Of a stretch of 64,000 bases of DNA, positions 1 through 11,865 are shown one piece after another. A model generated the notes under the pieces. It worked only from the letters and a program-made list of their open reading frames with translations. It did not search any database and was not told the origin of the DNA. The DNA comes from Camelus ferus (Eukaryota): assembly GCF_009834535.1 (NCBI RefSeq), contig NC_045696.1, forward strand, positions 45,944,001 to 46,008,000. The letters run 5' to 3'. The position numbers and the translations under genes were made by a program. The first letter of the stretch is position 1. Every line of letters begins with the position of its first letter.

Positions 1-3000
1 AACCATTAGCAGCACATGTATGAAATAGGAATGCATGAGTATTATTATTTTTCATAATGGCCCGTAATGGCTAATCGAAACATTAAAAAGACATCAGTAA
101 ACTGAGGCCAGTCTTTAAGAAGCATTTTAACATTAAAACTCATGTATGGAGTCTTTGCACTGTTTTGAGAAATTCTGTTGTTTAGACATTCACACATTAA
201 ATTCAAATTTAATGCTAAATTTAACATTGAATTTAGAAATTCCTTCTTTTCGGCCTTGAATGTGACATTATCTAAAAATACAACCTTTGTAATTGAGAAG
301 TCATAAAAATAAATGCCCAGGATTTGGCAAGGTTAACTGTAATGAATAGTAATAATGATAATAAAACTCTAGGTCTACATCTATCTAGTGCTGCTCAGGG
401 ATTATGCACACACCACTGCCACCTGATTACCTGATGTTCTCTGTCACAGGTAATGATCCCCTCTGAAGGGGCATAATCAATGTCTAGTGAAGCTCTCACA
501 CACGCCACGCTAATGAAATGGGTCTGTGCTGTAAGGTAGCCAAGCAAGTGGCAGTGCTAAGTAGGAGATTCAAATACTCAAAAAACCCTGGTTCTGGTTA
601 GTCTGACAACCTTCCTCTCTGCACTAACGTGAAATTCAACTCAGACTCAGCCACCAATTTGGAGACCTCCAACTCCATTATCTCTCCCAATTCTCTCTGT
701 TCCCCAGGGTACATTCAGCTCTCTGATAGTAATCAGTCTTATAGTTTCGGCTCCATGGAGGTCCAGGGAGATAAAATGCTGTCAAAGAACATAGGAATTC
801 TGACAACACACATGAGCTCCTCTAAGTAAAGTAACAGTAAATGAGCAAGGGGAGAAGGTTTTGTTGTGTGGAGCTATCTTCACCTAAGAGGCTGTGATTC
901 CATCTATGTATATACCTTTCTATTCCTCTTTCTATTCCTTCCAACTTAAAACAGGTAACACCATTTCCAGCCACTGTGCTTGAAGAAAAACAAATGCAAT
1001 GAATGTAAAATAATTTGCAAAAACACATACTGCTCTAAAATATTCAATAAGATTTATTTCCTTTCTTGCAGAATAATACATCCCTATTGTATACACTACC
1101 GAATATTTCAGATACATTTTGTTGCATATTTGGCACAATTCTGAATATTCATATTGCCCAAAAGCCATTTATTAGAGCTTTCTTAAAAATACTTCTTAAT
1201 CTTCTATACAACAGCATAACCCAAGTCTTTTTTATGAATTCACTAAAGCTGTATTCAAATAGAGTAATTATCCTTAAGTGTATAAGCTTAAAATATGTAT
1301 AGGATATTTATGTGTTAAAGCTGGTAGGTTCTAAATGCCTTTATTTTGATGGTGAGTTATGAATCCTTTACATTTAAAATAAAATGTGTTTTCAAGCCCC
1401 AAAGCTAGAAATCTTTTTAAAACTTATTGAAAACAAAGTCATATTTCCCTGGTCTATTTCAGTATACAGTACTTTGTAAAATAAATATTCCAAAGTGGTT
1501 TGACTTTGTAACAGTAATTGCTTAAAAACTGCCCTAAGGTTAGACCTAGCACTGCAGATTTTGTTTGGTGGCCAATTATTATGGTTCTGTTAATGCTCTA
1601 AAACACTGTCTATAATGGAATGTCAACTTCTCTGTAGTCTATAGGAATGAAATATTGCAAATTAAAGTATGTATTGACATGCAGTTTCACCTATGAAATA
1701 CGATGATTGCCATTTGCCAATATATTTGCAAAAAATATATGAGCAACAAGAATTGGTATGAATGCTTAGGGACAACAAGCAAAAGTATGGTTGAATTCCT
1801 TACAATCCAATCCTTTATTACATTTAGTCACTAGTTCATTATGAGTTACATCAGAAAGAAAGTCAGCCTTTCCTAACTCAGTGACATACTATATACTATA
1901 ATTATTTATTAGGGGCTTGTATATACCTACTTATGCTGTGTCTGTTGGTAGATACTTTAAACTGTAATTTATAAAGGCACAAATGTGAAACAGAGAAGAT
2001 TCATCCAATGAAAAAAAGCAAGAATGCCAAGAGCACCATATCAAAAGCCTGCTCACTCACTTCGAATTCTGAATAGTGATAAGAGCATGTCCCAACACCT
2101 GCCCTAGGCATCCCTTCCACAGAATCAAGGGTGAAAGAAACCGGGAGGTCACTGGGGAAACAGCATCCTGTGCAACTCCCACTCGCCTCTTCTGCTGTCT
2201 CTATCCTACCTGTTACAAGGGCGACAAGATCAAACCACACATGTGTTTAGGAAGCCTCCAAGTAAAACCAGTAAGTCAGGGGAGCACTTTCATTTATACT
2301 GTGTTGTAATCAAAGCTCAGGACATTTTAAAATCCTGGGGAATAATTTATATCATATAGTATTGCATATGCTACAACTATCACTTATATAAAGAAACAGC
2401 ATTTAACCGGAATCTTTAGATTTTTCTCTGGAAATACACATTCCACACAGAAGAAATGACTAAAATCAAGTTATCATTTCTTATTCTACAAAAATATGTC
2501 AATCAAGAAGGAGCTGGTCATCACCAAATATATTCTAGTCACTGTGAAGGTTTAAAAAAAAGACTAAGCATGTGCCCTGAGTGAAGAATCATGTCTGGTT
2601 GTTTTAAAAAAGTCAGACAGAAGTAAAGTAGAAAATAATTAAAGTGTCGTGTGTATTAGAACACACTAGAATGTTTTCAAACTATACTTGGAGTGGAAAT
2701 TTAGCAAGGAAAGGAAGACCTGGGTCTCAAACTGTCACTGAAGGAAGTTAAGGTGCTGGACTGATTGGTGCAGAGGTAAGAAGGTACTTCATGTGGAAGG
2801 GAGACCATTCAGAAATCGGTACAAAATGGGAATGAGCATGCAGAAGACAGGTTAACCAATGTGACTGTTTCAGCAATAAGATGTTTATCACAGCATCTGG
2901 TTAATGGAGAGTGTCAAATGCCACATGAGAATCTGCAGGGGCAACCACCAAAAGGACTGAAGTAGGAAAATAACAAGTTGTAGGCTTTGTCTTAGAAGAC

Positions 3001-3094
3001 TAATTAGGAAGCAGTGGTATAGTAGTGTATTAAGAAACTAATGATTGCATCGAGCACTTTAAATGTATACACCAAACTGAAAACAAGTGCAAGC

Positions 3095-3322
3095 TCTAGA
3101 GTGAACATGTCTGGACCGGACTTCCAGCAACTCTACTTACTAGGTACCCAGAAAAAATTTCTGAAATCCCCATACAGCAGTTTTCTCATCTAAAATGCTG
3201 TCATAATAAAGTACCTAGCTCATTGGGTTATTATGAAAATTAAATGGATTAATATAAGTGAAAAGCTTGGAGTGGAGCTGGCATGTCATAAGCATTCAAT
3301 AAAAGAATACCATTATTATTAT
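3095..3322 (+). mobile_element. MIR SINE
   Basis: MIR core 'cagttttctcatctaaaatg' and 3' end 'gcattcaataaa...attattatt'. Confidence 0.75.
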
Positions 3323-4293
3323 TTGGAATTACATGTACATGTTACATATTCACACACATAATTTTTTACATTAATTCTCTCTTTTAAAAATTATGATTAA
3401 GGATAACTGAGAATAAAGGATTGTGAACTTCTCAAAACTATATCCACTGAAGTTTGCAAGGTAGAAGTCATAGAATAGGCACAGAATAAATATTCCTGAA
3501 GAAGAAAAAAACCAATATGGAAAGGAAGAGAAAGGCTAATATTGGACATTGATTATTAAGCTAATAGGAGAGAAAATCATGAGGATAACAAGATTGCAGT
3601 CACGGTCTTACTGTTCAAAGTGCCAGTTGCTGGAAAAAGGCGAAAGCAATTCAAAATATAAGGAACTTGGCAGCATGGTTGAGATGGCGGGTCACCATGA
3701 TATGCTGCTGGCTTAAATTTATTAGATGTTATTTTCTTTCAATACAACATCTTGGCATAATTTATGTTCAGAGTTCTTGCAAGAAGTAGTGCATGGAAAC
3801 AAAAGAATGGCAAATGATTCAGTATAATATAATTTTGCGATAAAATCACAAACGAAAAACAACTCCTTAGAACTTTTAATTTAGGACTTCTGTGACAGTG
3901 TTGACCAACCCAGAGATCACCTATGTATACAAAGGGACAAATGTATAATGAAACTATATGGGAAAGATATGTCTGAGCCAGTAATCTAATCATTCTATAG
4001 ATGCTACAAATTAGGACTTCACAAACACTATATTTGCAGTTAGTTCCTGAAAGAGAAAAGAGAGGCTTTGGTGGCGACGGTCTGGTTGAGAAGGGAGAAA
4101 TAGAACATATTCTTATTTAAATACTCCAACATCTTCAGTGAGAACACTCCTATAGAAAATAGGTGCCCAGAACTCACTCTATCACAGAACTTGTGATATG
4201 CATTTTGAGTTTTTTTTTATTTTCCTACTTGGTTATTTTCTTTTTCACACAATGGAATATAAGGTCCATGAGACAGAGGATAGTAACTATTCT

Positions 4294-4430
4294 GAGAGGC
4301 AATGCAGCTTAAGTATTAACAGCACAGATTTGAGGGCTAAACATTAGAATTAGAGTCTTGGGCACATTGCTTAACCTCTCTAGGTCTCAGGTATCTTCAC
4401 CTAGAAAATAGAATTAACAATAGGACTGAT
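4294..4430 (+). mobile_element. MIR fragment, apparently inside an L2 3' end (about 4250-4555)
   Basis: 'ttgggcacattgcttaacctctctaggtctcag' matches the MIR core; the flanks resemble an L2 tail ending 'aatgaatggataaat'. Confidence 0.6.
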
Positions 4431-4761
4431 ATACTTTAAAATACATAATAACAAAGGTATATTTTATAGATATTAACCACTATATAAGGGTTAGCTTTTA
4501 CTGTTTATGTTCACCACTTTCTTCAGTGCCTAGAAGAGCAAATGAATGGATAAATATTCAAACACACAAGTACACATATACATTTTACACATCCTAATTT
4601 TCTATTGATATATGGAATATTCACAAGCCAGTGTTTCCTTTCAAATAATTTAAAATGTTCAAAGTATCTGTATATGTCAAATATATACACGTAACATGAA
4701 GTGCTGTTGTGAAGCTCAGCAATGCATTTGGCACCGTGGTGACCCATGCTTCAGTCAAATT

Positions 4762-5099
4762 CAATGCCTCCCAACTGGTGGTCCTCAGAGTTACTGAAAA
4801 GCATCTTCAAGTCTATACTGCACCAAGTATAGTTGATTGATTATGTAAATCTGCCTTGCATTTATTTAACTATTTTTTAAATATAGTAGTTCTAATTAAT
4901 AAAACATGAATGCATTTAAAACTACTACTAGGTTCAATGGAAATACCATTGTTTTGTTAATTCTCATTGTTCTGTGATATCCTTCATTATTTTGCAGTTC
5001 TTTAGCAACTGATTCAAAAAATAAAATTAGTGTCTGGGGATTCCGAAAAGTTTGACATTTAAAAGGGAGTCTTAAACTTGGAAAGGTTGAGAATCACAG
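4762..5099. mobile_element. Possible hAT-Charlie-like DNA transposon relic
   Basis: Right end 'aggttgagaatcacag' resembles the Charlie/MER5-group TIR; the left TIR is degenerate. Confidence 0.35.
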
Positions 5100-5834
5100 G
5101 TCTAAGTCATCTTGGTCTGCATCACCAAAATGTCATCTTGGTCTCCCCAAGCTCCCAAGCAAGCAGCAAAGGGCACTTGAGTCAAGGATATACAAAAACT
5201 AGAAGTGCTCCTGCTAAGCCTCCACTTCTAAAGGGCTCTAGATATCATTGCCTGAGTTTGTTTACATTTGTGAATTCAGTTTCAGCAGAAAGGTCAGATC
5301 TTTGGTCATAAATAGCTTAAACCCTTGTGGACGAAGCCTGCCTTCTTTTTTAATATAGATAAACTGAGATCGAGAGAAGGTAGTTGACCATAAAACTCAC
5401 ACTGTTACAATGTTTCAAAATTTCAGTGGTGTCTTTCTGAACATTTACCCCCATTAAGAGGCTCTTCAAGTAGGTGATAAAATATTAGTATCCTCACACA
5501 CTAACCATCCACAATCACTACAGGTACATTCCAACATCCTTGCAACAAGCAGAGATACCTGGCCTCTGCGAGAGACACTGGAAGGAAATGCTGAACATGA
5601 GAAACATGATAAAGCCACTGCAGAACTCCTAAATCAAGAGGAAGATTCTGATGTCCTACTATATTTCAGTTTTCTGGAAATGTCTAAATAAAGAACACTA
5701 CTATCAGCAAGACATAAGCTCTGTGTTATCCTCTTCTTGTCTATAAGTACAAAAAATAAAAGACAACATAGCAGCCCTTCAATTATCTGCACCATGACCA
5801 GTGCTGGAAATATAACATAGCCAGAACCAGTGCT

Positions 5835-6149
5835 ATTGGGTTCATGAAATCCCATTTCATTTTTCTCCTTCTAAAAATGCAGGAGGACAACATTTCCAAA
5901 CTGCCTTTGCTACTAGTTCAGAGCTGTGATGAGTCTGTCTAGTAGGATGTGAATGAAACTGCTAAATGTAAATTCTAGTCAGAGAAGTTAAGAATGGGTA
6001 TATATCCTCCACCTACTCTCTTCTCCTGAAACCATTTAAGACCTGCTGCTAAATTCCCATGAATAACAAATAAATAATTCCATGTTATGTCACTGTTATT
6101 GCATGTCATAGTTTGTCTCACAGCATATCCTCACCTAACCTAAGACACA
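5835..6149 (+). mobile_element. Old MaLR LTR fragment (MLT1 group)
   Basis: 'catttccaaactgcctttgc' near the 5' end and terminus 'gtttgtctcacagcatatcctcacctaacctaagacaca'. Confidence 0.6.
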
Positions 6150-6202
6150 GTGTATTCTCAACAAATTACTTTTCAAGTTAAACTGAAGATTAATCATTAA
6201 AC

Positions 6203-6365
6203 AAAAGAGCATTGGCTTTGGAGTTTAATAAACCTGGTTTTAAATACAAAGTCATATCCTATGATTTAAATCTTTGTAAAGTTAAACAGCTTCTGAGTCC
6301 CAGTGTACTTTATCTATAAAATGCATAGACTATTACATGCTATGCAGGATTACTCTGCAAATCAT
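6203..6365 (+). mobile_element. MIR fragment
   Basis: 'aaagagcattggctttggagt...acctggttt' head and degenerate core. Confidence 0.6.
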
Positions 6366-6944
6366 CCCAGGTAACTAAATGAATGAATAAATCTGTGAGT
6401 GAGTATGTATGTGTATTTACATTCCTCCAAGTGTATAAAACAGCTCAGTGAATGCTAATTTCACCTGTCTTGTATTATTTCTAATAGACATATTTTGACT
6501 AGAAATGAATTAGATCTTAGAATAAAAGTTTTAAGAATAAAAGGGGCTTGAAAAATACCTAGCCCATCCATCCTCTTATTTTGCAGACGGGACAAACTGA
6601 GGTCAAGACGAAGTTCTTCTTTCCATCATGCTGTCTACTGTTGAATTAGACAAAATTAAAAAGTGTTAAAGAAATTTCACAAATTACTTTCCTTTATGTT
6701 AGATACCATGGCCATCAAAATGGTGTCATTTAAAGAGTTATGCATCAGCAAGTTTTATAAAATGTAAAACAGCTCCTCAGTCTTGCCCAGCCATACTGAA
6801 ACAAGAGGCACAGACATTTCAATCAGTGTCAAGGATAGTGACAGTGAAGCAGTATTCTTTCCTCTATGCAAAGCCAACTGGCTTGTGAATAAACTGACTG
6901 TACAACTGTGGCTTCATTTGTGGATACTCAAGTACGTTAATTTG

Positions 6945-7220
6945 TGCAGTAATGCAGCAGAGAGGTTGAGAGCATCAGTGCTCACCAGACAGACTTTGGT
7001 CTGAATTCCAGTTTCACCACCTTCCAAGTCTAGGGTGCTAGGTAGTTTCACCACGTGTTAGCTGTAGGACCCTGACACTCAGTTTCCTCCTTTACAAAAA
7101 TCAGGATAAGAGTATTTGCTATATAGGATTTTTCTGAGTATTAAAAGAGTTAGTATTTGTAAAATCATTTAATACAATGTCTGGTGACTAGTAAGCACAC
7201 ACTAATGATAATTATCATCA
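6945..7220 (+). mobile_element. MIR SINE, near full length
   Basis: Core 'ctcagtttcctcctttacaaaa' and tail 'tagtaagcacacactaatgataattatcatc'. Confidence 0.75.
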
Positions 7221-8058
7221 TGTGTAGAAATCCATGCCTCTCAGTACACTGTAATCACACAATGGATATACCTGGGTATAAATATTCATACCCACATGCA
7301 TATTATGAATGAAAACTTGTTACATCTACTAAATCATTTATTTTTGTACCTCTATGGAAATGTTGTTGTAATTGAGTTACCACAAAGAATTCCATTGTTG
7401 CAAAACATTAATGAGATCTGATATTACATAAAATAGACTTAAAGATTAAAATCTGTATGAACTAAATTTTCAAAAATATTTACAATATCAATATAGTCTC
7501 TTAAAGCGACTCATTAAATAGCAAGATTTTCTCCGCCTTCTTAAGCACAATATAATCAAATTTAACATTTCATAGATTACTTACAATTATTATTACAACA
7601 TCAATTATACATGCTGTAGCTGTCCCTCATGTGGGATACAGAGAGTAAGAAGTATGGTTCAAACACTTGCTTCCTACATAAAGTAGATGATTAGCTTGTG
7701 TTTTACTCATTTGCATTTTCTTATGAAATTAAAGTAAGTAATGTTGAGCTGTCTATCCTTCAAGGCAATAGAACACTGCTGACTTCTTGAAGAATAGATT
7801 AATAAATTAAAGACTGAAGTAATTAGCCCTGAACTGTTTTACTTGCCCTCTAGAAAATTATCTTCTTTGCTTGCACTTCCAGGGATCTTTTGAATTGTCA
7901 GCACCACTCAAAACATTTCTTCTGATTTCACCATGAATACCATTTCAGATTGTCTGTGTTGCTTCTCTTTCTGCCCTCCCCATGCCTGAACCACATGAAT
8001 AAATTTGACTGTATAATTTTGAATTAGGGTCTGAAATAACTCTCAGCCCTATAACAGG

Positions 8059-8674
8059 TGTGAGTTCCAAGAAACTTTTGTGCCTACAGAGCTATTACCC
8101 CCAACCTCCGCTGTCCCTTCTGTGAGAATGGAAAACTGTCTCAAGCCCTGATTTATATCCTGGTTTTCTGACTAGGTTTGGATTGGCTCCTCAGCTTCAA
8201 CAACCATAACAGGGCTCTAAAACAATCCTGATTTCCCTAGGAGTCAACCCTCTTTCCCTCCTGCCAACAGCTGGCTAGAATCCTGCTTCAACCCAGATGG
8301 ACTCCCACACTCGAGAAACCACACAATCCCCATCCACCTGTCTCCATAGCACTACTGCAGGGAAACTCAGGCTGAGGGGCCCCAACTACCTGACTTGAAT
8401 CTCGCATGGTAATTCAAGCCCAGATGGAGAACAAATTTGCTACATCAACCTGGATCCAAACCGGACTTCTGCCACCATCCTCACAGGCAAACCCTCTGGT
8501 AAGCAGACTTCCCTTGTCCTGGCACTGCCTGTTCCTAACTTATTCTTCCCTTGCTGCAGGCCAAACAATTGTGGGTTCATCATGTCACATGGCCTGCCGT
8601 ACAATGTTTATTACAATAAATACCTTTTCGCAACATAATGCTCTCTTCTTTCTTGCTGGTGTCTTTCATTAACA
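8059..8674 (+). mobile_element. Probable ancient solo LTR, family unassigned
   Basis: About 615-bp GC-richer block bounded by TG...CA with AATAAA about 60 bp before the end; no clear TSD. Confidence 0.4.
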
Positions 8675-8837
8675 CAATGCCAATAAAAAGTACCCTCAGA
8701 TTCTGGGATACTTGGGGCTTATTTCTAATGCCTCACCACTAGCAAAAGAAAACGGAATTTTCTACAGCTATGATACTGAGTTAAAACAATAAAATTTGTA
8801 CAGTTTATGTGGTATAAAGTCCATATGTGTGACACAC

Positions 8838-9227
8838 TGTATTCGTTTGCTCAGGCTACCATAACAAAATACCAGACTGGGTGGGTCACTTAAGCAACAG
8901 AAATGTATTTCCTCACAGTCCTAGATAGAGGCTGGGGGTCCAAAACCAAGGTGCTGGCAGGTTGGGTCTCGCCTGAGGCCTCTCTCCCTGGCTTGCAGGT
9001 GACTGCCTTCTTGCTGTGTCTTCACATGCCCTTTTTTCCCTGCAACTGCCTCCCTGATGTCTCTCCTGTATGCCCAAATTTCCTCTTATAGGGCCTAGGT
9101 CTTATTTTAAATTAATTGCTTCATTAAAGGCCCTGTCTCCAAATACAGTCACATTCTGAGGTACTGGTGGTTAGGGTTTCAAACATATGAATGTTGGGGG
9201 GAAGGAGAGACAATTCAGCCCATAACA
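8838..9227 (-). mobile_element. MaLR solo LTR (MLT1A-like)
   Basis: Typical 'ccataacaaaatacca...aacagaaatgtatttcctcacagt...caattcagcccataaca'; 5-bp TSD cacac/cacat. Confidence 0.85.
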
Positions 9228-11549
9228 CACATGAAATAATCCTCTTCACAAAGTCTCCTTAGTATACTGCCTAGAAGAATGAGTCACCCATTGCAGACCT
9301 CTTTTAGAGTTTATTAAGTGGTTGAAAAGCTATTTCAAACTTTTCATCTTGTCCTTACTGGGAATCTGTGAGATAATACTGACAGTCAAAATGAGTAAAA
9401 TTTTATATTACAACTCAGACTTCCTGAAAGGGCTGGACAATAGTGAAAGTAGTTACTGTAGCCTGATAAACTTTTAGTTTCTAAATTGTGATGCTTCAAA
9501 AAGAAGTATCTTGGTCTATCCATGTACTATTATGTTTTGTTTATACTACAATCATTTATATTCCTTTAAATTACACTTTAAATTGCCAGATGTTTTATGC
9601 TATACTAGCTGGAGTATGGACAAACAAAAGATGACTCTTAGAAGCAGTATGTTCCTTAACACCTACTACTGGTCTAACATTTCACAAGATCTGAGAAAAC
9701 AGGACTCTTTCTTTTTTTTTTTAACAGATAAAATGATCAGAAAATGGTCAGTATTCAAAAAAAATTCTACAAAAGAACCCATTTTCATCCTGTGTTGTTT
9801 AAGGATTGATTTTTCTCCCCAGTGGCTATGCCATTTAGAAATGTCAAAGTCTCCCATCCCTTGACTCAATCCTTCCAATTAAATAAGGCACAAGCTGATC
9901 TTAGATGTGGAAGAATTTTAGGCTCCACACAGCGGGGAGGCTCCTGTGAGGCAGCTGGCACTGCTTAGCTGCGTCTGTCACCACTGCCACTCAGGCTGCA
10001 GAGACACCTGCCTGGCACACAGCCCACTGGTGACCAGGAAGGAGAAGCCCTCACTGCTGGTTCTTCTCTCCCATCACGTTCCTGCAGCTTGCTCTGCTAG
10101 CGCCGCTCCCAGCTCCTGGTCTCTCCTGTTCCCACTGCTCCTATAGTTTCAGCTCTCTGCTGGGCTCAGCTCCTTTTTTTCTTTCCATCCTCAAGCTGCA
10201 ATGATCATTTTCATAATAGAACTTTGCACCCTGGTAAGAGTAGTTCTGTGGAACAAATTCCTTAAATTGGACTGGTGACGACTGTTCAATATTTTTTTTA
10301 ATGCATAAAGAAGATGCAATAGTGATGCATTAAGAAAACCCTTCGCTTTTCCTTCATTGTTGAAAGAGCACAGGTTTCTATACTATTCTAAGTTATGTTA
10401 GGAGCATTTGTGGCCGTGAGAGAAGTGAGAAGTAGAGGAAAGTCTGAAGAGGAAGAAAAAAGGAAAATACAGAAAAGAAGGCAAGAGGTAACTGGAAGGT
10501 TTTCAGGCAAATGAGAAGAACAGTTGGTAGGGAGGAAAAGATTTAAACTATGCCCAAGCACAGTGACGTTCACTTCCAAAATTAAAACTGTCTGCTGACT
10601 GTGGCTGAAAATCCACAACTCTTTTTTTTTCCAACCTTATTTTCACTATCACAGTCTTCTCAGGCTGATATAATTACCTTTGGGGGTTTCAACAGCATTT
10701 GGCAAAATTACAACATCTCCATTTCAGAAATGTTTAATTTCCAGAAAGGAATCTGAAGCCTCTTATTTTTTAACACATGGCAGGTGGTGAGCTGTTAACA
10801 ACTAACTTTTCATCTAAAGAATGACATAATTAGCCCGAGTGTGTTACATTTCCATTGCCGGATGTCCTATTACTGATTATTTTGGAAGTCAGGCTTTATT
10901 TAATAATAAACTAGCATTTGCATTATCATTCGTTCATAATCCTAACATCTTGGCATATCCACCCAAGGTTCCCTTCCACAGAATAGCCATATGTTGTTCT
11001 CAGATTTCGCCCTGCAGCAGGTGACAGTCTGCGTCAGAGTGAACATTGGAGAAAAGAAAAAAGGAAAAATATCAAGGCAGATACACTGCGTCTTTTTCTA
11101 AAGTAATTTATCTTCTGATTTCATGTTAACATAAGGAGCTAAAAACTTAAGGCGACCTTGTGATAAGTGTGGAAAAGTGGAGTGAAGCAGCAGGCTCCTT
11201 AATCGCAGTGATGGTGGTGGTTGGGGAATGGCTCACTGGGGCCAGCAGAGGAACAGGTGGTCCTCAGATTGTAGATCTGGAAGTTTAATTGTATCAACTC
11301 AGTTGGGGAAATCAGGCCTTGGCAAAGGAAGAAAATGTAACCAGAGTCTGAATAGGCTGCTTTATAAACCTACTGCCAACTGGTTAGTTTACAATAAGAA
11401 ACATACTTTGGAATGAAACACTAATTTTCTCCAGAATGAAGGTAGTTTTTAAAAAATAAATGTTTGCCAAAAATGCAACTATATGAGTTTGGGCTCAGAG
11501 CAAATGGGGTTAACGTGATTAAAAAAAACAACATCACCTGCTCTCAGAG

Positions 11550-11712
11550 CACAGCCTCTGTTACAGCGACTCAACTCTGCCCCTGCAGTGTGGAACAGCC
11601 ATGGAAAAGGCAGGTAATGAAATGGGCGAGGCCACTTCCCACTACAACTACATACACCAAACCAGGCAGCTGGCAGGATCTGGTTCCACTCGCAAGTCAT
11701 GCTCATGATCCT
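11550..11712 (+). mobile_element. MER58A-like hAT-Charlie MITE fragment
   Basis: 'ctctgttacagcgactcaactctgcccctgcagtgtggaacagccat' parallels the MER58A consensus. Confidence 0.7.
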
Positions 11713-11719
11713 AGATGAG

Positions 11720-11865
11720 ATTCATCACAACTCCCTGAGTTGAGTGTTAACCACATTATGGGTAAAGAAACTGAGGCTCAGAGAAATTAATCGACTTACT
11801 GGTCATGATACAAGTAATAATGCTAATGAGCTTTTCAAACCAGGACTTCCAGTTTCAAGTTGGTT
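11720..11865 (-). mobile_element. MIR fragment
   Basis: 'aagaaactgaggctcagagaaattaa' is the reverse MIR core. Confidence 0.75.
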
